Translations under genes and position numbers: made by a program | Origin: Squalus acanthias | Lineage: Eukaryota | Direction of reading: 5' to 3' | Length of the DNA: 64,000 bases | Assembly (NCBI GenBank): GCA_030390025.1 | Contig: JASTWF010000348.1 | Span: 62,001-126,000 of the forward strand | Notes under the pieces: model-generated | What the model saw: the letters and a program-made list of their open reading frames with translations, nothing else | Told to the model about the DNA's origin: nothing | The model's database searches: none | Shown: positions 37,729-51,500 of the stretch, one piece after another | Layout: each line of letters begins with the position of its first letter | How positions within the stretch are numbered: the first letter of the stretch is position 1

Positions 37729-37816
37729 CAATTTTTTCTGAAGCACCATCTCGCAGGCTCGGGACACCCACTCCGTCTGAGAAACTCCCAATGCTGCTAC
37801 TGGTGGTTTGGGTACG
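37729..37816 (-). CDS. ripk3: RIPK3 exon C (linker)
   Basis: Acceptor gtgttcttttgcag, donor ATTG|gtgaga; 88 nt, phase 0->1. RTQTTSSSIGSFSDGVGVPSLRDGASEKI. Phase fits both neighbours. Confidence 0.8.
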
Positions 37817-37824
37817 CTGCAAAA

Positions 37825-40800
37825 GAACACAGAATCCCCTTTATCCACTGTCCACGCTCCTCAGAGACACAGAATCCCCTTTATCCACTGTCCATGCTCC
37901 TTGGAGACACAGAATCCCACTTATCCAGAGTCCACACTCCTGGGTGATACAGCAACCCCTTAATCCACTGTCTACCTTGGAGCGACGGAATCTCCTATAT
38001 CCATTGTATAAACTCTCAGTACTTACAAAATCCCCTTTATCCAGTATCTACATTCCTTTGAGTTAGCGAGTCCCCTTTATCCAGTATTTATGCCCCCTTG
38101 AGTTAGCGAGTCCCCTTTATCCAGTATCTATGCCCCCTTGAGTTAGCGAGTCCCTTTTATCCAGTATCTATGCCCCCTTGAGTTAGCGAGTCCCCTTTAT
38201 CCAGAATCTATAGCCCTTAAGTTAGTGAATCCCCTTTATCCACTGTCTATACACTCTTGAATTAGTGAGACCCCTTTATCCAGTATCTGAATTCCATTGC
38301 GTTAGTGAGTCCCCTTTATCCAATGTCTATACTCACTTGAGTTAGCGAGTCCCCTTTAACCAGTATCTGCACTATCTATAAGATAGCGAGTCCCCTTTAT
38401 CCAGTGTCTATACGCTCTTGAGTTAGCAAGTCCCCTTTATCCAGTATCTGCACTCTCTTGAGATAGCGAGTCCCCTTTATCCAGTGTCTACACTCTCTTG
38501 AGATAGCGAGTCCCCTTTATCCAGTGTCTACACTCTCTTGAGATAGCGAGTTCCCTTTAATCCAGTGTCTACACTCTCTTACATAAGAACATAAGAACAT
38601 AAGAAATAGGAGCAGGAGTAGGCCAATTGGCCCCTCGAGCCTGCTCCGCCATTCAATAAGATCATGGCTGATCTGATCCAAACCGCCAATCTACTATCAC
38701 AGAACCATCTCCTGAACCTAACAGAATTGGACACACGAAATAGGAGCAGGATCAAGCTACACGGCCCCTGGGCCTGCTACGCTACCCACAGGGTCATGAC
38801 CAATCCGAACCTAGACTCATGTCCAAATTCCTGCCCGCTCCCCGTAACCCTTAATTCCCTTTACTTCTAGGAAACTGTCTATTTCTGTTTTGAATTTATG
38901 TAATGATGTAGCTTCTACAGCTTTTTGGGGCAGCATATTCCATGGACCTACCACCCTCTGAGTGAAGTAGTTCCTTCTCATCTCAGTTTTGAAAGAGCAG
39001 CCCCTTATTCTAAGACTATGCCCCCTAGTTCTAGTTTCACCCATCATCGGGAACATCCTCCCCGCATCCACCCGATCCAACCCCTTCACAATCTTATATG
39101 TTTCAATAAGATCGCCTCTCATTCTTCTGAACTCCAATGAGTAGAGTCCCAATCTACCCAACCTCTCCTCATATGTCCATCCCCTCATCCCCGGGATTAA
39201 CCGAGTGAACCTTCTTTGTACTGACTCGAGAGCAAGTATGTCTTTTCTTAAGTATGGACACCAAAACTGTATGCAGTATTCCAGATGCGGTCTCACCAAT
39301 ACCTTGTACAACTGAAGCAATACCTCCCTATTTTTATATTCTATCCCCCTAGCAATGAAAGCCAACATTCCATTGGCCTTCTTAATCACTTGCTGCACCT
39401 GCATACTAACCTTTTGAATTTTGTGCACCAGGACCCCCAGATCCCTTTGTACTTCAGTACTTTCCAGTTTCTTGCCATTAAGATAATAACTTGCTCTACT
39501 ATTTTTCCTGCCAATGTGCATAACCTCACACTTTCCAGTATTGTATTCCATCTGCCAAATCTCTGCCCATTTACTTAGCCTGTCTATGTCCCCTTGCAGA
39601 TTTTTTATGTCCTCCTCACTCACTACTTTCCCTCCCATCTTAGTATCATCTGCAAACTTTGATATGTTACACTCGGTCCCCTCCTCCAAATCGTTGATAT
39701 AGATTGTAAAGAGTTGGGGACCCAGCACTGACTCCTGCGGAACACCACTAGTTACTGATTGCCAGTCTGAGAATGAACCATTTATCCCAACTCTCTGCCT
39801 TCTGTTAGATAGTCAATCCTCTATCCATGCCAGAATATTACCCCCAATCCCGTGATTTTTTATCTTAAGCAATAATCTTTTGTGTGGCACCTTGTCAAAT
39901 GCCTTTTGGAAGTCTAAATATACCACATCCACTGGTTCCCCTTTATCCACCCTGTATGTTACTTCCTCAAAGAACTCCAGCAAATTTGTCAAACATGACT
40001 TCCCCTTCATAAAACCATGCTGACTTTGTCCTATTAAATTATGATTATCCAAATGTCCCGTTACTGTCTCCTTAATAATGGACTCCAAAATTTTACCTAC
40101 CACAGATGTTAGGCTATAGTTTCCAGCCTTCTGTCTACTGCCCTTTTTAAATAAGGGTGTTACATTAGCAGTTTTCCAATCTGCCGGGATCTTTGCTGAG
40201 TCCAGGAAGTTTTGGAAAATTATTACCAATGCATCCACAATCCCTACCGCCACTTCCCTCAAGACCCTAGGATGTAAGCCATCAGGTCCAGGTGATTTAT
40301 CCGCCTTGAGTCCCATTATTTTACCGAGTACCACTTCCTTAGTGATTTTGATCGTGTTTAGCTCCTCCCCCCCTATAGCCCCCTGTTTGTCCAGTGTTGG
40401 GATATTCTTAGTGTCCTCTACTGTAAAGACTGATACAGAATATTCATTCAGTGTATTTGCCATCTCCATATTTCCCACCATTAATTTCCCGGTCTCATCC
40501 TCTAACATTTACTTTAGCCATCCTTTTTCTTTTTATATAACTATAAAAACTCTTACTTTCTGTTTTTATATTTTTTGCTAATTTACTTTCATAATCTATC
40601 TTCCCTTTCTTAATCAATCTTTTTGTTATTTTTTGCTGTCTTTTAAAGTTTTCCCAATCCTCTATCCTCCCACTAGATTTGACTACCTTATAGGCCCTTG
40701 TTTTTAGTCGAATACTATCCTTAATTTCTTTACTTAGCCACGGATGACTGTCTTTTCTTTTACACCCTTTTCTTCTCAGTGGAATATATATTTTTTGGAA

Positions 40801-41880
40801 GTTGTAAAATAACTCCTTAAATGTACACCACTGCTCATGTATCGTCTTACCCTTTAATCTATTTTCCCAATCCACTCTACTCAATTCCGCTCGCATACCT
40901 TCATAGTCTCCTTTATTCAAGCTTAGCACGCTTGTTTGAGATCCAACCTTCTCACCCTCTAATTGAATAGGGAATTCAACCATGTTATGGTCACTCATTC
41001 CAAGGGGATCCTTTACTAGGACATTTTTAATTAATCCTGTCTCGTTACACAGGACCAGATCTAAGGTTGCTTGCCCCCTGGTCGGTTCAGTTACATACTG
41101 CTCAAGAAACCCATCCCTAATACACTCAATGAACTCATCCTCAAGGCAGCCCTGCCCAATTTGATTTGTCCAATTAATATGATAGTTAAAATCCCCCATA
41201 ATTATAGATGTTCCCTTATTACAAGCCTCAACTATTTCCTGATTGATACTCCGTCCAACAGAGTTGCAACTGTTCGGAGGCCTATAGACTACGCCCACGA
41301 GTGTTTTTTTCCCCTTATTATTCCTTATCTCCACCCAAACTGTTTCATTATCCTGATCTTTTGACCCAATATAATTTCTCTGTATTACAGTGATTCCTTC
41401 CTTTATTAACATAGCCACCCCGCCTCCCCTTCCTTCCTGCCTGTCCTTCCTGATCGTTAAATAACTTGGTATGTTTAATTCCCAGGCATTGTCACCCTGC
41501 AGCCATGTTTCTGTATTGGCCACAAGATCATACCCATATGTAGTTATTTGTGCCATTAACTCGTCTATTTTGTTACGAATGCTACGTGCATTCAGATAGA
41601 GAACTTTCAAATATGTTTTGTGACACTTAGTTCCTGCTATTGCCCTTGCTCTTGAGATAGCGAGTCCCCTTTATCCAGTGTCTATACTCTCTTGAGATAG
41701 CGAGTTCCCTTTATCCAGTGTCTACACTCTCTTGAGATAGCGAGTTCCCTTTATCCAGTGTCTACACTCTCTCGAGAGAGCGAGTTCCCTTTATCCAGTG
41801 TCTAAATTCTCTTGAGATAGCGAGTTCCCTTTATCCAGTGTCTACACTCTCTGGACGTAGCAAATCCCCTTTAACCTCTG
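37825..41880. repeat. 40-bp minisatellite split by a CR1 (arms about 37825-38580 and 41648-41880)
   Basis: Unit gagatagcgagtcccctttatccagtgtctacactctctt on both sides of the LINE. Confidence 0.92.
38581..41648 (-). mobile_element. CR1 LINE with near-complete ORF2, disrupted
   Basis: EN (LYLNARSIRNK) and RT in three ORF pieces; TSD CTCTT; same family as 21452-25068 and 48552-53885. Confidence 0.93.
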
Positions 41881-41941
41881 TCCCCACCTATGGGTGCCAG
41901 GTGCAACAGTCACTCACGCTCTCTCACGTCCCCGCACTCAC

Positions 41942-42024
41942 CATTATATTCCCGACCCTGTGAACAGCATCAGCGACACTTGCCATGTGAGCTTTAAAGG
42001 CGTCCTCAGTCCGAACACGGCAAT
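41942..42024 (-). CDS. ripk3: RIPK3 exon B (end of kinase domain helix)
   Basis: Acceptor tttttcctgtttttgcag, donor ATG|gtgagt; 83 nt, phase 1->0. DCRVRTEDAFKAHMASVADAVHRVGNIM resembles human RIPK3 ECLPKTDEVFQMVENNMNAAVSTVKDFL (recalled). Confidence 0.9.
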
Positions 42025-42162
42025 CTGCAAAAACAGGAAAAACAGCTATCCAATCTACACAAACATATAGCTGGCAATTCATTTTCATTCCCTTGTGAGT
42101 TTTTAGCAGTGGTAAAAATTTGATACGCCTTCTCCAGTAATTGATTTTCCGGTGGTTCATGT

Positions 42163-45100
42163 TAGTGGGAGCTTTACTCTGTATCTAACCCGTGCTGTAC
42201 CTGCCCTGGGAGTGTTTGATGGGACAGTGTAGAGGGAGCTTTACTCTGTATCTAACCCGTGCTGTACCTGCCCTGGGAGTGTTTGATGGGACAGTGCAGA
42301 GGGAGCTTTACTCTGTATCTAACCCGTGCTGGACCTGCCCTGGGAGTGTTTGATGGGACAGTGCAGAGGGAGCTTTACTCTGTATCTAACCCGTGCTGTA
42401 CCTGCCCTGGGAGTGTTTGATGGGACAGTGAAGAGGGAGCTTTACTCTGTATCTAACCTTGATGGGACAGTGTAGAGGGAGATTTCTCTGTATCTAACCC
42501 GTGCTGTACCTGCCCTGGGAGTGTTTGATGGGACAGTGTAGGGGGAGCTTTACTCTGTATCTAAACCATGCTGTACCTGCCCTGGGAGTGTTTGAGGGCA
42601 CCGTGTAAAGGGAACTTTACTCTGTATCTTACCCGTGCTGTACCTGCCCTGGCAGTGTTTGATGGGTCAGTGTAGAGGGAGCTATACTCTGTATCTTACC
42701 CGTGCTGTACCTGCCCTGGCAGTGTTTGATGGGACAGTGTAGAGGGAGCTTTACTCTGTATCTAACCCGTGCAGTAACTGCCCTGGGAGTGTTTGATGGG
42801 GCAGTGTAGAGGGAGCTTTACTCTGTATCTAACCCATGCTGTACCTGCCCTGGGAGTGTTTGATGCGGCAGTGCAGAGGGAGCTTTACTCTGTATCTAAC
42901 CAGTGCTGTACTTGCCCTGGGAGTGTTTGATGGGGCAGTGTAGAGAGAGCTTTACTCTCTATCTGACCCGTGCTGTACCTGCCCTGGGAGTGTTTGATGG
43001 GACAGTGTAGAGTGAGCTTTACTCTGTATCTAACCCGTGCAGTAACTGCCCTGGGAGTGTTGGATGGGGAAGTGTAGAGGGAGCTTTATTCTGTATCTTT
43101 CCCGTGCTGTACCTGCCCTGGGAGTGTTTGATGGGACAGTGTAGAGGGAGCTTTACTCTGTATCTAACCCGTGCTGTACCTGTCCTGGGAGTGTTTGATT
43201 GGACAGTGTACAGGGAGCTTTACTCTGTATCTAACCTGTGCTGTACCTGCCCTGGGAGTGTTTGATGGGACAGTATAGAGGGAGCATTACTCTGTATCTA
43301 ACCCGTGCTGTACCTGCCCTGGGAGTGTTTGATGGGACAGTGTAGAGGGAGCTTTACTCTGTATCTAACCCGTGCTGTACCTGTCCTGGGAGTGTTTGAT
43401 TGGACAGGGTACAGGTAGCTTTACTCTGTAGCTAACCCGTGCTGTACCTGCCGTGGGAGTATTTGATGGGACAGTGTAGAGGGAGCTTTACTGTGTATCT
43501 AACCCGTGCTGTACCTGCCCTGGCAGTGTTTGATGGGACAGTGTAGAGGGAGCTTTACTCTGTATCTAACCTGTGCTGTACCTGCCCTGGGAGTTTTTGA
43601 TGGGACAGTGCAGAGGGAGCTTTTCTCTGTATCTAACCTGTGCTGCACCTGCCTTGGGAATGTTTGATGGGACTGTGCAGAGGGAGCATTACTCTGCATC
43701 TAACCCATGCTGCGCCTGCCCTGGGAGTGTTTGATGGGACAGCGTAGAGGGAGCTTAACTCTGTATCTAACCCGTGCTGTACCTGCCCTGGCAGTGTTTG
43801 ATGGGACAGTGTAGAGGGAGCTTTACTCTGCATCTAACCCGTGATGTACCTGCCCTGCGAGTGTTTGATGGGACAGTGTAGAGGGAGCTATACTCTGTAT
43901 CTAACTTGTGCTGTAGCTGCCCTGGGAGAGTTTGATGGGACAGTGTAGCGGGAGCTTTACTCTGTATCTAACCCGTGCTGTACCTGCCCTGGGAGTGTTT
44001 GATGGGACAGTGAAGAGGGAGATTTACTCTGTATCTAACCCGTGCTGTACCTGCCCTGGGAGTGTTTGATGGGACAGTGCAGAGGGAGCTTTACTCTGTA
44101 TCTAACCCGTGCTGTACCTGCCCTGGGAGGGTTTGATGCGACAGTGCAGAGGGAGCTTTACTCTGTATCTAACCCGTGCTGTACCTGCCCTGGGAGGGTT
44201 TGATGCGACAGTGTAGAGGGAGCTTTACTCTGCATCTAACCCGTGCTGTACCTGCCCTGGGAGTGTTTGATGGGACAGTGTAGAGGGAGCTTTACTCTGC
44301 ATCTAACCCGTGCTGTACCTGCCCTGGGAGTGTTTGATGGGACAGTGTAGAGGGTGCTTTATTCTGTTTCTAACCCATGCAGTAACTGCCCTGGGAGTGT
44401 TTAATGTGGCAGTATAGAGGGAGCTTTACTCTCTATCTAACCCGTGCTGTACCTGCCCTGGGCGTGTTTGATGGGACAGTGTAGAAAGCCCTTTACTTTG
44501 TATCTAACACGTGCTTTACCTGTCCTGGGAGTGTTTGATGGGACAGTGTAGAGGGAGCTTTACTCTCTATCTAACCCGTGCAGTACCTGCCCTGGGAGTG
44601 TTTGATGGGACAGTGTAGTGGTAGCTTTACTCTGTATCTAACCCGTGCTGTACCTGCCCTGGGAGTGTTTGATGGGACAGTGTAGAGGGAGCTTTACTCT
44701 GCATCTAACCCGTGCTGTACCTGCCCTGGGAGTGTTTGATGGGACAGTGTAGAGCGAGCTTTACTCTGTATCTTACCCATGCAGTAACTGCCCTGGGAGT
44801 GTTTGATAGAGCAGTGTAGAGGGAGCATTACTCTCTATCTATCCCGTGCTGTACCTGCCCTGGGAGTGTTTGATGGGACAGTGTAGAGGCAGCTTTACTC
44901 TGTATCTAACACGTGCTGTGCCTGCCCTGGGAGTGTTTGATGGGACAGTGTAGAGGGAGCTTTACTCTGTATCTAACCCGTGCTGTACATGCCCTGCGAG
45001 TGTTTGAGGGCACCGTGTAAAGGGAACTTTACTCTGTATCTTACCCGTGCTGTACCTGCCCTGAGAGTGTTTGATGGGACAGTGTAGAGGGAGCTTTACT

Positions 45101-48100
45101 CTGTATCTTACCCGTGCTGTACCTGCCCTGGGAGTGTTTGATGCGGCAGTGTAGAGGGAGCTTTACTCTGTATCTAACCCGTGCTGTACTTGCCCTGGGA
45201 GTGTTTGATGGGGCAGTGTAGAGTGAGCTTTACTCTGTATCTAACCCGTGCTGTACCTGCCCTGGGAGTGTTTGATGGGACAGTGTAGAGGGAGCTTTAC
45301 TCTCTATCTGACCCGTGCTGTGCCCGCCCTGGGAGTGTTTGATGGGACAGTGTAGAGGGAGCTTTACTCTGTATCTTACCCGTGCAGTAACTGCACTGGG
45401 AGTGTTTGATGGGGCAGTGTAGAGGGAGATTTACTCTGTATCTAACCCGTGCTGTACCTGTCCTGGGAGTGTTTGATGGGGCAGTGTAGAGGGAGCTTTA
45501 CTCTGTATCTAACCCGTGCTGTAGCTGCCCTGGGAGTGTTTGATGGGGCAGTGTAGAGGGAGCTTTACTCTGTATCTAACCCGTGCTGTACCTGCCCTGT
45601 GAGTGTTTGATGGGGCAGTGTAGAGGGAGCTGTACTCTGTTTCTAACCCGTGCTGTACCTGCCCTGGGAGTGTTTAATGGGGCAGTGTAGAGGGAGCTTT
45701 ACTCTGTATCCAACCCGTGCTGTACCTGCCCCGGGAGTGTTTGATGGGACAGTGTAGAGGGGTCTTTACTCTGTATCTAACCCGTGCTGTACCTGCCCTG
45801 GGAGTGTTTGCTGGGACAGTGTAGAGGGAGCTTTACTCTGTTTCTAACCCGTGCTGTACCTGCCCTGGGAGTGTTTAATGGGGCAGTGTAGAGGGAGCTT
45901 TACTCTGTATCTAACCCGTGCTGTACCTGCCCTGGGAGTGTTTGATGGGACAGTGTAGAGCGAGCTTTACTCTGTATCTAACCCATGCAGTAACTGCCCT
46001 GGGAGTGTTTGATAGGGCAGTGTAGAGGGAGCATTACTCTCTATCTATCCCGTGCTGTACCTGCCCTGGGAGTGTTTGATGGGACAGTGTAGAGGGAGCT
46101 TTACTCTGTATCTAACACATGCTGTGCCTGCCCTGGGAGTGTTTGATGGGACAGTGTAGAGGGAGCTTTACTCTGTATCTAACCCGTGCTGTACATGCCC
46201 TGCGAGTGTTTGAGGGCACCGTGTAAAGGGAACTTTACTCTGTATCTTACCCGTGCTGTACCTGCCCTGAGAGTGTTTGATGGGACAGTGTAGAGGGAGC
46301 TTTACTCTGTATCTTACCCGTGCTGTACCTGCCCTGGGAGTGTTTGATGGGACAGTGTAGAGTGAGCTTTACTCTGTATCTAACCCGTGCTGTACTTGCC
46401 CTGGGAGTGTTTGATGGGGCAGTGTAGAGAGAGCTTTACACTCTATCTGACCCGTGCTGTGCCCGCCCTGGGAGTGTTTGATGGGACAGTGTAGAGGGAG
46501 CTTTACTCTGTATCTTACCCGTGCAGTAACTGCCCTGGGAGTGTTTGATGGGGCAGTGTAGAGGGAGATTTACTCTGTATCTAACCCGTGCTGTACCTGT
46601 CCTGGGAGTGTTTGATGGGGCAGTGTAGAGGGAGCTTTACTCTCTATCTAACCCGTGCTGTAGCTGCCCTGGGAGTGTTTGATGGGGCAGTGTAGAGGGA
46701 GCTTTACTCTGCATCTAACCCGTGCTGTACCTGCCCTGGGAGTGTTTGATGGGGCAGTGTAGAGGGAGCTTTACTTTGTATCTAACCCGTGCTGCAACTG
46801 CCCTCGGAGTGTTTGATGTGGCAGTGTAGAGGGAGCTTTACTCTGTATCTAACCAATGCTGTACTTGCCCTGGGAGTGTTTGATGGGGCAGTGTTGAGAG
46901 AGCTTTACTCTCTATCTGACCCGTGTTGTACCTGCCCTGGGAGTTTTTGATGGGACAGTGTAGAGTGAGCTTTACTCTGTATCTAACCCGTGCAATAACT
47001 GCCCTGGGAGTGTTTGATGGGACAGTGTAGAGGGAGCTTTACTCTGTATCTAACCCGTGCTGTACCTGCCCTGGGAGTGTTTGATGGGACAGTGTAGAGG
47101 GAGCATTGCTCTGTATCTAACACGTGCAGTAACTGCCCTGGGTGTGTTTGATGGGACAGTGTAGAGGGAGCTTTACTCTGTATCTAACCTGTGCTGTACC
47201 TGCCCTGGGAGTGTTTGATGGGATGTGTAGATGGAGCTTTACTCTGTATCTAACCCGTGCTGTACCTGTCCTGGGAGCGTTTGAGGGCACCGTGTAAAGG
47301 GAACTTTACTCTGTATCTTACCCGTGCTGTACCTGCCCTGGCAGTGTTTGATGGGATAGTGTAGAGGGAGCTTTACTCTGTATCTTACCCGTGCTGTACC
47401 TGCCCTGGCAGTGTTTGGTGGGACAGTGTAGAGGGAGCTTTACTCTGTATCTAACCCGTGCAGTAACTGCCCTGGGAGTGTTTGATGGGGCAGTGTAGAG
47501 GGAGCTTTACTCTGTATCTAACCCATGCTCTACCTGCCCTGGGAGTGTTTGATGGGACAGGGTAGCAGGAGCTTTACTCTGTATCTAACCAGTGCTGTAC
47601 TTGCCCTGGGAGTGTTTGATGGGGCAGTGTAGAGAGAGCTTTACTCTCTATCTGACCCGTGCTGTACCTGCCCTGGGAGTGTTTGATGGGACAGTGTAGA
47701 GGGAGCTTTACTCTGTATCTAACCCGTGCTGTACCTGCCCTGGGAGTGTTTGATGGGACAGTGTAGAGGGAGCATTACTCTGTATCTAACCCGTGCAGTA
47801 ACTGCCCTGGGAGTGTTTGATGGGACAGTGGAGAGGGAGCTTTACTCTGTATCTAACCTGTGCTGTACCTGCCCTGGGAGTGTTTGATGGGACAGTGTAG
47901 AGGGAGCTTTACTCTGTATCTAACCTGTGCTGTACCTGCCCTGGGAGTGTTGATGGGACAGTGTAGAGGGAGCTTTACTCTGTATCTAACCCGTGCTGTA
48001 CCTGTCCTGGGAGTGTTTGATTGGACAGGGTACAGGTAGCCTTACTCTGTAGCTAACCTGTGCTGTACCTGCCGTGGGAGTGTTTGATGGGACAGTGTAG

Positions 48101-48552
48101 AGGGAGCTTTACTGTGTATCTAACCCGTGCTGTACCTGCCCTGGCAGTGTTTGATGGGACAGTGTAGAGGGAGCTTTACTCTGCAGCTAACCCGTGATGT
48201 ACCTGCCCTGCGAGTGTTTGATGGGACAGTGTAGAGGGAGCTATACTCTGTATCTAACTTGTGCTGTAGCTGCCCTGGGAGTGTTTGATGGGACAGTGTA
48301 GCGGGAGCTTTACTCTGTATCTAACCCTTGCTGTACCTGCCCTGGGAGTGTTTGATGGAACAGTGTAGAGGGAGCTTTACTCTGAATATAACCCATGCAG
48401 TAACTGCCCTTGGAGTGTTTGGTGGGACAGTGTCGAGGGAGCTTTACTCTGTATTTAACCCGTGCTGTACCTGCCCTGGGAGTGTTTGATGGGACAGTGA
48501 AGAGGGAGCTTTACTCTGTATCTAACCCGTGCTGTGCCTGCTCTGGGAATGT
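42163..48552. repeat. 67-bp satellite, left block
   Basis: Unit gggagctttactctgtatctaacccgtgctgtacctgccctgggagtgtttgatgggacagtgtaga. Confidence 0.97.
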
Positions 48553-51500
48553 TTAAAGGAAGGAATCACTGTAATACAGAGTAATGATATTGGGTCAAAA
48601 AATCATGATAATGAAACAGTTTGGGTGGAGATAAGGAATAATAAGGGGAAAAAAACATTAGTGGGCGTAGTCTATAGGCCTCCGAACAGTTGCAACTCTA
48701 TTGGACGGAGTATCAATCAGGAAATAGTTGAGGCATGTAATAAGGGAACATCTATAATTATGGGGGATTTTAACTATCATATTAATTGGACAAATCAAAT
48801 GGGGCAGGGCTGCCTTGAGGATGAGTTCATTGAGTGTATTAGGGATGGGTTTCTTGAGCAGTATGTAACTGAACCGACCAGGGGGCAAGCAACCTTAGAT
48901 CTGGTCCTGTGTAACGAGACAGGATTAATTAAAAATGTCCTAGTAAAGGATCCCCTTGGAATGAGTGACCATAACATGGTTGAATTCCATATTCAATTAG
49001 AGGGTGAGAAGGTTGGATCTCAAACAAGCGTGCTAAGCTTGAATAAAGGAGACTATGAAGGTATGCGAGCGGAATTGAGTAGAGTGGATTGGGAAAATAG
49101 ATTAAAGGGTAAGACGACACATGATCAGTGGTGTACATTCAAGGAGTTATTTTACAACTTCCAAAAAATATATATTCCACTGAAAAGAAAAGGGTGTAAA
49201 AGAAAGGACAGTCATCCGTGGCTAAGTAAAGAAATTAAGGATAGTATTCGACTAAAAACAAGGGCATATAAGGTAGCGAAATCTAGTGGGAGGACAGAGG
49301 ATTGGGAAAACTTTAAAAGGCAGCAAAAAATAACAAAAAGATTGATTAAGAAAGGGAAGATAGATTATGAAAGTAAATTAGCAAAAAATATAAAAACAGA
49401 TAGTAAGAGTTTTTATAGTTATATAAAAAGAAAAAGGGTGGCTAAAGTAAATGTTGGTCCCTTAGAGGATGAGACCGGGAAATTAATGGTGGGAAATATG
49501 GAGATGGCAAAAACACTGAATGAATATTTTGTATCAGTCTTTACAGTAGAGGACACTAAGAATATCCCAACACTGGACAAACAGGGGGCTATAGGGGGAG
49601 AGGAGCTAAACACGATCAAAATCACTAAGGAAGTGGTACTCGGTAAAATAATGGGACTCAAGGCGGATAAATCACCTGGACCTGATGGCTTACATCCTAG
49701 AGTCTTGAAGGAAGTGGCGGTAGGGATTGTAGATGCATTGGTAATAATTTTTCAAAACTCCCTGGATTCCGCTAAGGTCCCGGCAGACTGGAAAACTGCT
49801 AATGTAACACCCTTATTTAAAAAGGGCAGTAGACAGAAGGCTGGTAACTATAGACCGGTTAGCCTAACATCTGTGGTAGGTAAAATTTTGGAGTCCATTA
49901 TTAAGGAAACAGTAACAGGACATTTGGATAATCATAATTTAATAGGACAAAGTCAGCATGGTTTTACGAAGGGGAAGTCATGTTTGACAAATTTGCTGGA
50001 GTTCTTTGAGGAAGTAACATATAGAGTGGATAAAGGGGAACCAGTGGACGTAGTGTATTTAGACTTCCAAAAGGCATTTGACAAGGTGCCACACAAAAGA
50101 TTATTGCTTAAGGTAAAAAATCACGGGATTGGGGGTAATATTCTGGCATGGATAGAGGATTGGCTATCTAACAGAAAGCAAAGAGTTGGGATAAATGGTT
50201 CATTCTCAGACTGGCAATCAGTAACTAGTGGTGTTCCACAGGGGTCAGTGCTGGGTCCCCAACTCTTCACAATCTATATTAACGATTTGGAGGAAGGGAC
50301 CAAGTGTAACATATCAAAATTTGCAGATGATACAAAGATGGGAGGGAAAGTAGTGAGTGAGGAGGACATAAAAAACCTGCAAGGGGACATAGACAGGCTA
50401 AGTAAGTGGGCAGAGATTTGGCAGATGGAATACAACACTGGAAAGTGTGAGGTGATGCACTTTGGCAGGAAAAATCCTAGAGCAATTTATTATCTTAATG
50501 GCAAGAAACTGGAGAGTACTGAAGTGCAAAGGGATCTGGGGGTCCTGGTGCACGAAACTCAAAAGGTTAGTATGCAGGTGCAGCAAGTGATTAAGAAGGC
50601 AAATGGAATGTTGGCTTTCATTGCTAGGGGGATAGAATATAAAAATAGGGAGGTATTGCTTCAGTTGTACAAGGTATTGGTGAGACCGCACCTGGAATAC
50701 TGCATACAGTTTTGGTGTCCTTACTTAAGGAAAGACATCCTTGCTCTCGAGGCAGTGCAAAAAAGGTTCACTCGGTTAATCCCGGGGATGAGGGGCTGGT
50801 CATATGAGGAGAGGTTGGGTAGATTGGGACTCTACTCATTGGAGTTCAGAAGAATGAGAGGCGATCTTATTGAAACATATAAGATTGTGAAGGGGTTGGA
50901 TCGGGTGGATGCGGGGAGGATGTTCCCGATGACGGGTGAGACGAGAACTAGGGGACATAGTCTTAGAATAAGGGGCTGCTCTTTCAAAACTGAGATGAGG
51001 AGGAACTCCTAACAAAAGAAAGGGAGGAGGGGTAGCATTGCTGGTAAAAGAGGGGATAAATGCAATTGAAAGGAAGGATATTAACTCAGTTAATACAGAA
51101 TCTATATGGGTGGAGCTAAGAAATAGCGAGGGGCGAAAAACATTAATAGGAGTGGTATATAGGCCTCCAAATAGTAAAATAGAGGTTGGGGAGGGCATCA
51201 CGAGGGAAATTAGAGAAGCGTGCAATAAGAGCACAGCTGTCATCATAGGTGACTTTAACTTACATATAGATTGGACTAGCCTAATCAGTAAAAATAATGA
51301 GGAGGAGGAATTCCTTGAGTGTTTAAGGGATGGTTATCTGGATCAATATGTCGAGGAACCAACTCGGGAACAGGCTATATTGGACTGGGTACTGTGCAAT
51401 GAGAAGGGACTAATTAGTAATCTTGTTGTACGGGGACCCTTGGGTCAGAGCGATCATAACATGATCGATTTCTCACTCGAAATGGAGAGCGAAGAAATTG

